From Candidatus Geocrenenecus huangii (GTDB taxonomy: Archaea; Thermoproteota; Nitrososphaeria_A; Caldarchaeales; Wolframiiraptoraceae), in the NCBI GenBank assembly GCA_023254095.1, contig JALNLM010000007.1, positions 1-64,000 on the forward strand: a DNA stretch of 64,000 nt, written 5' to 3'. Each line of letters opens with the position of its first letter. Position 1 is the first letter of the stretch. A program made the translations under genes and the position numbers. A model generated the notes under the pieces. The model made no database searches, was not told the origin of the DNA, and saw nothing but the letters and a program-made list of their open reading frames with translations. This document shows, piece after piece, positions 1-8,875 of the stretch.

Positions 1-619
1 TCTTCCTAACTCCAGTTATCTTAGCCTTCCACCAAGCTAAGTGTCCTCTTTTATGAGCTTGCCAATGAACGATCGCTTTATTACCGTTAATCACCTGAAC
101 TCTATAAACCCCCATATTATTAATCCCACTCTCGGGATCTCTAGTAAGTACGAGACCATAAGTGATGTATTTTCCAGCATCTAGAGGCCATATTTTAGGT
201 ATAGGTGTCTTATCGAATCCGTCCTTCTCTATAACGTTTTCCTCAAACAAACCCTTGCCTACTTTCTTAGGAGCATAAGCTCCAAGCTTTAAAACATCAT
301 AGAGATTATAAAGTTTCTCCAAAAACCCTAGTGGAGGAGATGTAGTTAACAATCTTATAAGGCTCTCACCTATCTCCTCAAGCTTCTCAACATCAAGAAT
401 CTTCTTAATCGTATCAATATTTCTAAATAGGTTTGTAGCCATGCGCCAATCAGGATATCCTTTTATACTGTCAAATAGCAACGTAGGACCTCTAGAGTAC
501 ATCACCCTCCTAGCTATTTCTGCAACCTCTAGCTCAGGAGTAACAGGAACTTTAACTTTACATAAATTACCCCAACTCTCAACCGCTTTTAACGCTTCCC
601 TTAAATCCTTAAAAGTCAC
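1..619 (-). CDS. ubiD: UbiD-family (prFMN-dependent) decarboxylase, 5' part; runs off window start
   Basis: Not in ORF track. Manual translation from GTG at 619: MTFKDLREALKAVESWGNL...PELEVAEIARRV...GPTLLF...WPLDAGKYITYGLVLTRDPESGINNMGVYRVQV...VHWQAHKRG, typical UbiD motifs. Confidence 0.9.
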   Translation of the reverse strand, partial: MTFKDLREALKAVESWGNLCKVKVPVTPELEVAEIARRVMYSRGPTLLFDSIKGYPDWRMATNLFRNIDTIKKILDVEKLEEIGESLIRLLTTSPPLGFLEKLYNLYDVLKLGAYAPKKVGKGLFEENVIEKDGFDKTPIPKIWPLDAGKYITYGLVLTRDPESGINNMGVYRVQVINGNKAIVHWQAHKRGHLAWWKAKITGVRK

Positions 620-690
620 TTTAACGTCCCCTCAACCTTAAAAGTAAATGCTAAATTTAACTCTCACCGTAGAGTATGCAGTGTAGCTAA

Positions 691-1656
691 ATGCGTAATA
701 AAGCTAAATTAGCCTTAGCTATCTTAGTCTTGTTGGCTATAGTTATCGTAATGTTCAACTTTTTAGGGAAATCCTATATATGGAGCGCTGGCAAGCCTTC
801 TAGTGAAGTTATTAACATAAGAATAGGGTTACTGCCTATAGAAGACTCTGTACCGTTCATAGTAGCTAAGTATGAAGACTTGTATGCTAAGTATGGTGTA
901 AACGCTAGTATTGTAATGTATGGTTCTGCTATGGGGAGAGACTCAGCTTTCACAGCTGGTCTTATAGATGTTGCTCTTAATGATCCAATCACAACTCTTA
1001 TTCTAGCTGATAAGGGGGTCAATCTTAAGATTATTAGCTTGCTCCTAGGAGAGTATCCTGAAGATGGACTATTTTACTTACTAGCTTCTCCAGACTCAGA
1101 CATCGAAGTTCCTAAGAGTATAGCTATATCCCAGAACACTATTATAGAATTTGCTGCATGGCATATAATTAAAGGCTTAAATGTTAATCCGGGGTCTATA
1201 AACTGGATCGACGTACCACCTATACCTGTTAGATTTCAGATGTTGATTGAAGGTAAGGTTGAGGGAACAGTACTACCGGATCCATGGGGTACTTTAGCTA
1301 TAGCTAAGGGTGCTAAGCTTATAGCTGATGATAAAATTCTAAAGACCCCTATAACCATGACCGTTATTATAGCTAGAAGTGATGTCGCTAGCCATAGCGT
1401 TGCATTAAAGCTTAGAAGTATATTAAACGAAGCTTTAAGACTGTATAAAGCTAATCCTGAAAAGTACCGTGAAGTTATTGAAAAGGAGATCTTCATACCA
1501 GAAGAACTTAAGGGCAAGTGGCTTCCAAAGTGGAGGGGAAATATCGTTGACTATCCTAAGAATAACTTTGAGCTAGTCAACTCGTGGCTTCTAGAGAAGA
1601 ACCTTATATCCAAGCCTTTAAGCTACGAAGCTATAACACTGGTGCTTAAAGAATGA
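691..1656 (+). CDS. ABC transporter substrate-binding protein (SsuA/THI5/NMT1-like)
   Basis: N-terminal membrane anchor; IRIGLLPIEDSVPFIVA; VLPDPW; followed by ATPase and permease. Confidence 0.8.
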   Translation: MRNKAKLALAILVLLAIVIVMFNFLGKSYIWSAGKPSSEVINIRIGLLPIEDSVPFIVAKYEDLYAKYGVNASIVMYGSAMGRDSAFTAGLIDVALNDPITTLILADKGVNLKIISLLLGEYPEDGLFYLLASPDSDIEVPKSIAISQNTIIEFAAWHIIKGLNVNPGSINWIDVPPIPVRFQMLIEGKVEGTVLPDPWGTLAIAKGAKLIADDKILKTPITMTVIIARSDVASHSVALKLRSILNEALRLYKANPEKYREVIEKEIFIPEELKGKWLPKWRGNIVDYPKNNFELVNSWLLEKNLISKPLSYEAITLVLKE

Positions 1657-2345
1657 AGCTGGAGATCGTAGGGCTATCCTTTAGCTATGGCCCCAATATT
1701 ATTTTCGATAACCTTAACGTAGAGTTTGAAAACGGTAGATTAAATGCAATCTTAGGACCTAACGGTGTTGGCAAGACTACACTCTTAAAGTTAATAGCTG
1801 GAATCATTAAGCCACATAATGGATCTATACTGTATAATAAGCAACCTTTGCCTAAGGGTAGCGTAGCCTACGTACCTCAAGATAACATGCTCCTACCCTG
1901 GCTTACACTTTATAGCAATGTAGAGCTTCCCTTAAAAATAGCCGGAGTCGACGATAATACAAGAAGACTAAGAGTGCTAAAGGCTTTGGAGGCTACGGAG
2001 GTTCTACACTTATCCAACAGATATCCTAAGCACATCTCAGGAGGGGAAAGGAAAAGAGTAGCTATCGCTAGAACTTTAGCATCGAACGCTCCTATACTCT
2101 TATTAGATGAACCCATGGCTAATGTAGATCCTAGTGGAAGAGAAGTCGTATGGAGAATTTTAAGAGGACTGTCTAATGAAAAGCTCGTAATTGTGGTGAC
2201 GCATGAGATTAGTGAAGCTTTGATGGTAGGTGATCTAATATACGTGATGGCTGGGAGACCTGCTAATATAGTAGAAGTTCTTGAAGGTGGTGAAGAAGCT
2301 TGGGCTCGATTGAGAAGAATAATAACATTGTATTACAGACAGTAA
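1653..2345 (+). CDS. ABC transporter ATP-binding protein (nitrate/sulfonate type)
   Basis: Walker A GPNGVGKT, signature ISGGE, Walker B LLLDEP, VTH switch; ATGA overlap with upstream gene. Confidence 0.92.
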   Translation: MKLEIVGLSFSYGPNIIFDNLNVEFENGRLNAILGPNGVGKTTLLKLIAGIIKPHNGSILYNKQPLPKGSVAYVPQDNMLLPWLTLYSNVELPLKIAGVDDNTRRLRVLKALEATEVLHLSNRYPKHISGGERKRVAIARTLASNAPILLLDEPMANVDPSGREVVWRILRGLSNEKLVIVVTHEISEALMVGDLIYVMAGRPANIVEVLEGGEEAWARLRRIITLYYRQ

Positions 2346-3076
2346 AGAATGTAGGATATGTAACTTTAGTTTTGACGCTGGTCTGCATTCTATGGCAAGT
2401 AATAGCTATAACTAGTGATAAGCCTTATCTACCTAAGCTTGAAAGCATAGCTGCTAAGCTCTACTCAGAACTAGTCTACGGTAGACTGCTCGAAGATTTA
2501 GTCGCAACGATAAGAAGAATACTTTTATCAATCTTAATAGCCTTGATAGCAGGTGTATCGTTAGGCTTGCTATCGGCTAGGATAAGCTTGGGATACAGGA
2601 TAGTTAGACCAATAATATTAGCAACGTACCCTATACCTCACGTAACCCTTATACCGATACTATTGTGGATCTTAGGAATAGAGTATAGCAAGATAGGTGT
2701 AATATCGTTAATAGCATTCTATTCAATAGCCATATCTACGATGGAGTGGTCTCTTAGATCTCCTAAAGAATATGAAGACATTGTAGAAACTATGGGTGGA
2801 GGGATGTACCACAAACTAAAGTACGTGATAATACCGTCAATAATACCGGGGGTTCTAACAGGGCTAAGGATAGCTACCAGCACAGCTTACGCTGTAGCAT
2901 TCATAGCTGAAAGCTTCATATTGACTAATGGAGTAGGAGCATATATCGAGGAGTCGTGGCATAGGTTAGATTATGCTGGAGTTTACTCTGGGGTTGTGCT
3001 TTTATCAGTTATGGGGATAGTTACATACATGTTGATATGGTTAATAGAGAAGATGTATAGGAGGAAGATTGAGTAA
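2300..3076 (+). CDS. ABC transporter permease (SsuC/TauC type); true start probably somewhat downstream
   Basis: Six hydrophobic segments, YPIPHVTLIP and IIPSIIPGVLTGLR...FIAE motifs. Confidence 0.88.
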   Translation: MGSIEKNNNIVLQTVKNVGYVTLVLTLVCILWQVIAITSDKPYLPKLESIAAKLYSELVYGRLLEDLVATIRRILLSILIALIAGVSLGLLSARISLGYRIVRPIILATYPIPHVTLIPILLWILGIEYSKIGVISLIAFYSIAISTMEWSLRSPKEYEDIVETMGGGMYHKLKYVIIPSIIPGVLTGLRIATSTAYAVAFIAESFILTNGVGAYIEESWHRLDYAGVYSGVVLLSVMGIVTYMLIWLIEKMYRRKIE

Positions 3077-3303
3077 CTCTAGCCTAAGGGAATAGAGGAA
3101 CTGTATTTAATAATTCTCGTACCTTCTTTTAAAAGCAGTAAACTATTAGTTATCTTTATCGATCACTATTAATTTTAAACCCTAGCCAGCTGATGAGCGG
3201 GACATTTTCCACAGTGAAGTGAGCTTGTTAAGTGTAATCGGCTACTAAGCATCTTTTTATGACGTTAAGAATTTATCTAAGAATTAGGTAGTCTCTGCTA
3301 GAG

Positions 3304-3832
3304 ATGTTTCCTGAAGTTGTTCATGTTCCAGAGAAGTTTGATATTAAACCAGTGAGTTTAAAGTTTCTTCAAACAGCTTTGATAATAGTTGATATGCAGA
3401 ATGCTTTCGTACACGAGAAGGGTAGATTGTTTGTTCCAGATTCGAGGAAGATCATAGAACCTGTTAGGAAGCTTTTAGAGAAGGCTCGTTCAAAGAAGGT
3501 CTCAGTTATCTATACTCAAGATTGGCATACGAAAGATGATGTAGAATTCTCTATATGGGTAGAACATTGTTGCAAACACATGGGAAGCAGAAATAATAGA
3601 CGAGCTCAAACCTCTGGAAGATGAGATCGTAATCAGAAAACTTAGATACGATGGTTTCTATGGAACATACCTGGAAGACATATTGAGGATGAGGAAGATA
3701 GAGTACATAATGATAACCGGAACTGTAGCAAACATATGTGTTTTACATACAGCTGGAAGCGCAGCATTAAGAGGGTTCAAGATAGTTTTACCCGTAGACT
3801 GTATAGCTGCATTACTCTGTATACTTCGTTAG
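3304..3832 (+). pseudogene. Isochorismatase/nicotinamidase-family cysteine hydrolase, frameshifted and C-terminally truncated
   Basis: First frame gives ALIIVDMQNAF...TQDWH...WVEHC; a second frame from 3569 continues VANTWEAEIIDELKP...IRKLRYDGF...GTVANICVLHTAGSAALRG...DCIAAL and stops at TAG 3830-3832. Confidence 0.85.
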
Positions 3833-4134
3833 GAGTCTACAGAATTGGAGAATACTACATATGCGACAACTTTACAAAGACCCACGCGTTTACAGCAGAT
3901 GAAGTTAAGCCAAATACACAGTTCCATAAATGGATATACCATCTCCTGAAGATGCTGGAGGGAGAGGGTGATTGGTGGAGCTTCTTCGTCGGCGATGAAT
4001 CAGAATACTACTACATGCTTGATGAATCAAAGATTGTAGAGAGCTATGAATCAGTGGCAAGAATAATCTACACGATTGCAACAGATATAGACAGGTATGC
4101 TGAGAGGATAGGTATGCTCTCACATAATATATAA
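3815..4134 (+). pseudogene. 3' fragment of an unrelated gene joined to the isochorismatase remnant (possibly an M28-peptidase-like C-terminus)
   Basis: The N-terminus of ORF 3736..4134 is an off-frame overlap with the isochorismatase; the rest is protein-like but has no start of its own; family guess is weak. Confidence 0.4.
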
Positions 4135-4146
4135 AGATTACTGTTA

Positions 4147-4221
4147 TGCTCCGGCCGGGATTTGAACCCGGGTCCCGGGCTCGAAAGGCCCGTATACTTG
4201 TCCGGGCTATACTACCGGAGC
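4147..4221 (-). tRNA. tRNA-Glu(UUC), no intron, CCA not encoded
   Basis: Reverse complement GCTCCGG...CGGGC-CTTTCGA-GCCCG...GGTTCAAATCC...CCGGAGC-A folds as a cloverleaf. Confidence 0.96.
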
Positions 4222-4481
4222 ATTACTGTTCTAGCCCAAATCTTTGGATGTGAACTATTGCCTGTTTTCTAAGCACTGTTTACACGTTCTCATTTTTAGA
4301 AGAAGCAAAGGAATTTAAAAACTTGTCTTCATTTGGATAAAACTATCTTGGAGAATTTTAGAGTTTCCTAGATAGGTATGGAGTATAGATCTCAAGATCG
4401 TGATTCGCAGCGTTGATTAGAAATTCCTAGAGTTTGTTAAAAAAAGTAAATCTTAAAAACAGGTTTTACCAGGTTTATCGC

Positions 4482-4841
4482 ATGATAAGACTAGTTCAAG
4501 AATTAAAGAAGAGAACCGAAGTTCCATTGGATGAATTCCAAGGATTCATCTTGAAGAACTATGTTAAGTTCTTGAAGAAGGCTGTTGGACTTAGGTCAGC
4601 TTCTGTAAATTTCGTTTATGGTGGATATCAAGTACAGGAGCTCCCCGTGGATTGCTGCATAGAGATGGAGTTCAGGAACGAAGACCTATTCAAGAAGGCG
4701 ATCGAGAGTGAGGAGGGCAAGAAGATCCTTGATGAACTAGGCAAGGTAGCTGAGAAAAGCGTCTTCCTATATTTAAAGGGAAAAGTAATAAAAAAGCCTG
4801 AAGTGAAGCCGGCGAGGAAAAAGAAGAAAGCGAAAAGATAA
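4482..4841 (+). CDS. EthD-like dimeric alpha-beta barrel protein with Lys-rich tail
   Basis: Pattern IRLV..LKKR...EF...DCCIEMEF.NED.FKKA.ESEEG resembles EthD; ATG at 4482 preferred over 4434. Confidence 0.5.
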   Translation: MIRLVQELKKRTEVPLDEFQGFILKNYVKFLKKAVGLRSASVNFVYGGYQVQELPVDCCIEMEFRNEDLFKKAIESEEGKKILDELGKVAEKSVFLYLKGKVIKKPEVKPARKKKKAKR

Positions 4842-4919
4842 GCTAAGTAGGTAGCAGTTTTCCATTATCAAATCCTGCTTACTTCATTGCAACCATTTTT
4901 TCATTTTTCTAATCTTCGA

Positions 4920-5078
4920 CTATTTGGGGAATTCATATCCACATTCCGGGCATTTAACATAATCACATGATATAACTGATGGGCACCCACCACACGAGAA
5001 GACTCTAGAATAGCTAATCTCGAAGACATGTCCACACTTTGGACACTTAACGATGTTCTTTCCTCCTCTACTACTCAT
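4920..5078 (-). CDS. Small Cys-rich zinc-ribbon/metal-binding protein (52 aa), missed by ORF track
   Basis: MSSRGGKNIVKCPKCGHVFEISYSRVFSCGGCPSVISCDYVKCPECGYEFPK*: two CPxCG knuckles plus CGGC and a seventh Cys. Confidence 0.8.
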   Translation of the reverse strand: MSSRGGKNIVKCPKCGHVFEISYSRVFSCGGCPSVISCDYVKCPECGYEFPK

Positions 5079-5485
5079 CTAATAAGATGAGGATAGGGCC
5101 TAGTAGAAAAACATTACACACTACCTCATTTATAGATGGATAAACGATTATATGAGACGTATACATCGATGAGCCACTAAACCACCTCGTAAAAGTTGAT
5201 ATGACGTAGATGACTAAGCTCAAGTTTGACATTACATATGGTTTTGCTTAAGAGTCTATCTCGGAGAACTAGAAGATTATTACATGGATGAGGGCTTGTT
5301 TGTGTGCTGCCCAGCATTATACGTGTAGTAAATAGTTAGTTTCCATAATGATCAACGTAAAAACTAAGAGTGGTTTCAGAAACCTAGGGAGAAAACATCT
5401 TCATGCATCGATTCTGATGGCTGCTTCACCTCACAATCTTGTTAATCGAGTAAGCTTATTATTATCTTTAACAGATATTTTTAAC

Positions 5486-5917
5486 ATGCATAGTCAAGTT
5501 AAGAAGGAGAAGCTTTCAATTATAGCTTTTTCAGGAACTGTAGACAAGCTTTACCCAGTAGCGATATTAGCATCTGGAGCTGCAGCCATGGGCATGGATG
5601 TAGAGATATTTCTAACATTCTGGGGTTTAAATGCATTTAGAAAAGACCAGCTCAACCAGCCTGGAAGGATCTCTAGAGACTTCGAAGAAATGGCGCCTGT
5701 TATGATGAATATTTTCAAGGTTAAGAATGTACCCCACTGGATAGATATGCTTAAGCAGGCTAAAGAATTCGGGAATGTAAAAATATACGCATGCGCCATG
5801 ACTTATGATCTGTTCCAGATGAAGAAAGAAGAATTATCAGAACTGATAGACGGTGTGGTTGGAGTAGGAGAATTCTTAGAAAAAGCTAAAGAGAGCAATA
5901 TAACCTTATTTATCTGA
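5486..5917 (+). CDS. DsrE/DsrF/DrsH-like (DsrE2-type) sulfur carrier
   Basis: KLSIIAFSGTVDK...ILASGAAAMG...FLTFWGL...IYACAMT...ITLFI; ATG at 5486 more likely than 5348. Confidence 0.9.
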   Translation: MHSQVKKEKLSIIAFSGTVDKLYPVAILASGAAAMGMDVEIFLTFWGLNAFRKDQLNQPGRISRDFEEMAPVMMNIFKVKNVPHWIDMLKQAKEFGNVKIYACAMTYDLFQMKKEELSELIDGVVGVGEFLEKAKESNITLFI

Positions 5918-5943
5918 GAAATAATTGAGTTGGGGGGCATGTA

Positions 5944-6183
5944 ATGAGTGAGATCAAAGTGAATAAGGTCGTGGATGCGAGGGGTAGTCACTGCCCTGGC
6001 CCACTCATGGAGTTGATAAAAGCTATCAGGAATGCAGGCGTCGGCGAGGTTATTGCTGTATATTCTACCGATAGCGGCTCAAAGACAGATATTCCTAGAT
6101 GGGTTGAAAAAGCCGGACACCAGCTAATAGGTGTCTACGAGAGAAATGGATACACAGAATTTATCGTTAAGAAGGTAAAGTAA
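5944..6183 (+). CDS. tusA: Sulfur carrier protein TusA family
   Basis: [10 protein letters not shown] motif, 79 aa. Confidence 0.92.
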   Translation: MSEIKVNKVVDARGSHCPGPLMELIKAIRNAGVGEVIAVYSTDSGSKTDIPRWVEKAGHQLIGVYERNGYTEFIVKKVK

Positions 6184-6195
6184 GAACATAAAGGT

Positions 6196-7329
6196 ATGAA
6201 GAAGATTCTGGTAGTTGGTGGAGGAACAGGTGGCACAATAGTAGCTAATGTTCTAGCTAGGAAACTTTCAAGAAAAGAAGCTGAAATAACAGTTGTAAGC
6301 GAGTCTCCTAAACATATCTATCAGCCAGCTTTCATCTACACGGCTCTAGGATACAATCTTCATGAAAGAGATATCGTGAGAGGAGAGGAAGAGCTACTAG
6401 ATAAAAATGTCAAATTAATTATAGATAATGCTCTCAGGATAGATGTAGAGGATAGGTATGTGGTCCTGGAGAGAACAGGTAAACTTGATTACGATTACAT
6501 GGTCATAGCTACGGGTTCCCGGATAGTTCCAGAAGAGGTACCTGGATACCAGGCCACATATCACTTCTACGGTTTAGAAGAAGCTAATAGATTAAGTAAA
6601 GCTTTAGAAGAATTCAGTGGAGGAGTCATAGCGGTTGGTATAGGGGGGATACCGTATAAGTGTCCGCCAGCACCTGCAGAATTCTGCTGCTTACTAGACT
6701 ACTACTTCACGAGAAAGAAGATAAGGGATAAAGTTGAGATTCACTATCTATCACCTCTACCCAGAACATTTCCTCACGAAGCTGTAGCAGAAGCTATAAC
6801 AGAAATGATGGAGAAGAAAGACATACATTGGCATCCAATGTTCAATATAGAATCAGTAGATCCTGAGAAAAGGATAGTTTACTCTCTAGAAGGAGAATCT
6901 CTTAGATTCGATCTACTTGTTATGGTTCCACCTCATAGAGGTGCAAAAGTAGTTGAGGAATCTGGACTCGGGGTTGATGGTGGATGGATACCAGTAGATA
7001 AACATGCTCTACAATACAAAGATTATAGTGAAGTATACGTTATTGGAGATGCTACGAACCTGCCTGTATCTAAGTCTGGAGCAGCTGCACATTTTGAAGC
7101 AAAAGTAGTCGGCGATAGAATATACGCAGATATTACTGGAAAGAAGAGTAAGCCAGTCTATGACGGGAGAGTATTATGCTTCTGCGACGCAGGATTCAGA
7201 AAAGCAATATATATGGATTTTAATTATGAGAAACCTCCGAGAAAACCTAGGTTCAGCTATCTATGGTACTTAGGGAAACAGGCTGTTAACAAATTATACT
7301 GGAGCCTGATACTGAAAGGTATAGTCTAA
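6196..7329 (+). CDS. sqr: Sulfide:quinone oxidoreductase-family flavoprotein
   Basis: GGGTGG FAD motif, YKCPPAP, IGDA, SKSGAAAH, YDGRVLC. Confidence 0.85.
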   Translation: MKKILVVGGGTGGTIVANVLARKLSRKEAEITVVSESPKHIYQPAFIYTALGYNLHERDIVRGEEELLDKNVKLIIDNALRIDVEDRYVVLERTGKLDYDYMVIATGSRIVPEEVPGYQATYHFYGLEEANRLSKALEEFSGGVIAVGIGGIPYKCPPAPAEFCCLLDYYFTRKKIRDKVEIHYLSPLPRTFPHEAVAEAITEMMEKKDIHWHPMFNIESVDPEKRIVYSLEGESLRFDLLVMVPPHRGAKVVEESGLGVDGGWIPVDKHALQYKDYSEVYVIGDATNLPVSKSGAAAHFEAKVVGDRIYADITGKKSKPVYDGRVLCFCDAGFRKAIYMDFNYEKPPRKPRFSYLWYLGKQAVNKLYWSLILKGIV

Positions 7330-7399
7330 CATCCATAGACCATGAAACTTAGATCCCTAATTCTTAGAACACTCTAAAACACATAGAAGAGATTACTAA

Positions 7400-7491
7400 T
7401 GGGCCGGGTGGGAATCGAACCCACGTCCTCCGCCGCATTCTGGAAGTTTAATCCTGTCAGGGCGGCGTCATAGCCTCTAGACTACCGGCCC
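7400..7491 (-). tRNA. tRNA-Val(GAC) with ~19-nt anticodon-loop intron (about 7436-7454)
   Basis: Reverse complement GGGCCGG...CCGCC-CTGACA[GGATTAAACTTCCAGAATG]C-GGCGG...GTTCGATTC...CCGGCCC-A. Confidence 0.93.
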
Positions 7492-7661
7492 ATTATCTTC
7501 ACCTCGCTATCTTATATTTAAGATTTTAACATTATGTCTAGTTTATTCAAAGATTAAAGAAAGATAGAGAATTCTTTTATCTACTATGCGGATTATGCTA
7601 ATATTCATTCCAGAGAATGTTAGTAGATTTATAGAAGAGGATTACTTTTTCTACCTAGCTC

Positions 7662-8201
7662 TTACCTAAGTCTGATTACTTTCTTCCCATGTAGTTGAGG
7701 TACTATTCTTAGTTCAGCATTTGGAAATTCTTTGGATAATTCTCTTCCTTGAAAGAGCCAGTCTAGTAGTATTGCTAGAGCAGCTACTTCGCTGTGTGGT
7801 TGGTTTGATACTGCTATGTTGTAGTCTGCGAGCTCGTAGACTTCTCTCGGTACTTTCTGGGAGCCCACTATTATCATTATATTATTCTGATCCCATATTC
7901 TTCTTAATTCTTCAATTACGTCCGGCAAGTTTACTCCATACATAGTTAAGTGTATAATCTTCCCCTCATTCCTCTTCCATCTCTCGATAGCTTCTCTCCA
8001 ATTTTCCTCAAATCTTATCTTGAATTCTCCGCCCCACTTCTCGATGAATTTCTCAAGCTTGGATATCAGGCCGTCATCTCTCTCGCCAGATACTATTACT
8101 TCATTTGCACCAAAGGCTCTAGCCGTTAAGACGACATGCGTCGTCAATCTTTTATCTCTAACTATTCTATGCCCAAGTCTTAGTATGGATATTCTACCCA
8201 T
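7662..8201 (-). CDS. trm56: tRNA (cytidine(56)-2'-O)-methyltransferase aTrm56
   Basis: LRLGHRIVRDKRLTTHV, IHLTMYG, VGSQKVP, NQPHSEVAALA. Confidence 0.95.
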   Translation of the reverse strand: MGRISILRLGHRIVRDKRLTTHVVLTARAFGANEVIVSGERDDGLISKLEKFIEKWGGEFKIRFEENWREAIERWKRNEGKIIHLTMYGVNLPDVIEELRRIWDQNNIMIIVGSQKVPREVYELADYNIAVSNQPHSEVAALAILLDWLFQGRELSKEFPNAELRIVPQLHGKKVIRLR

Positions 8202-8203
8202 TT

Positions 8204-8788
8204 CTACTTCTTATGCTTAGCGGCCTTCACTTTCTCCTTCACTAATGGCTCTTCTGCAACCTTCTTAACTTTAGATATTTGTTCTAAATGTTTCCTGATC
8301 TCGGCTATCTTCATCTCTATAGCTTTTATCGTATCTTCATTATCGATTGGCTGGAGAAGTTTACCGCAGATAGGACATTTGAATAGATTATTCAATGCTT
8401 CTTCGAAGGCAAGCTTCCTGCACCCCCTAGTCTCGCACCAGTAGAATTGATGCTTCTTCTCATATTCTAATCTTTCCTCGAGTCTTTCAAGTATCTTCTT
8501 CGTGTTCGTAATGATGAACCCGGTTACCTGTTCCTGGCTCACATACCATTTAAAAATTCTATGCCCAGTTTCCTTCTCCCTAGCTAACTCGTAATGGAGG
8601 ATACCTTGCTCATTCAGTTTATGAAGAAATTTTCTCACTTCTTTAATATCTAACTGAAGAATACGTGAAAGTTCTTCATCGGTTATACCGGGTTTCTTCA
8701 AAAGATTTTTCATAATCTTTCCAGCATTCTCCCCTCCAACCAATACAGCCAACTCGATTATAGTATCCTCATCGATATGTAGAAGCAT
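8204..8788 (-). CDS. tfe: Transcription factor E (TFE alpha)
   Basis: Winged helix (TDEELS...EVRKFLHKL) plus zinc ribbon FYWC...FKCPICG. Confidence 0.93.
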   Translation of the reverse strand: MLLHIDEDTIIELAVLVGGENAGKIMKNLLKKPGITDEELSRILQLDIKEVRKFLHKLNEQGILHYELAREKETGHRIFKWYVSQEQVTGFIITNTKKILERLEERLEYEKKHQFYWCETRGCRKLAFEEALNNLFKCPICGKLLQPIDNEDTIKAIEMKIAEIRKHLEQISKVKKVAEEPLVKEKVKAAKHKK

Positions 8789-8875
8789 ACCATCTTAAAA
8801 ATAGATTCATAGCTGTTAAAATAGCTTTACAGATTATGATAACCTATTTATATCCGCTCCTATCTCGTATCAATT

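Noticed and set aside
3183-3245. Possible structured RNA (TAGCC...CTGATGA...GGCTA)
   Set aside because: A C-like box and short stem are present, but no D or D' box at the proper spacing
5370-5440. 12-nt match GATGGCTGCTTC to 23S rRNA and partial C/D boxes upstream of dsrE
   Set aside because: The boxes and the match are on incompatible strands or spacings; likely chance
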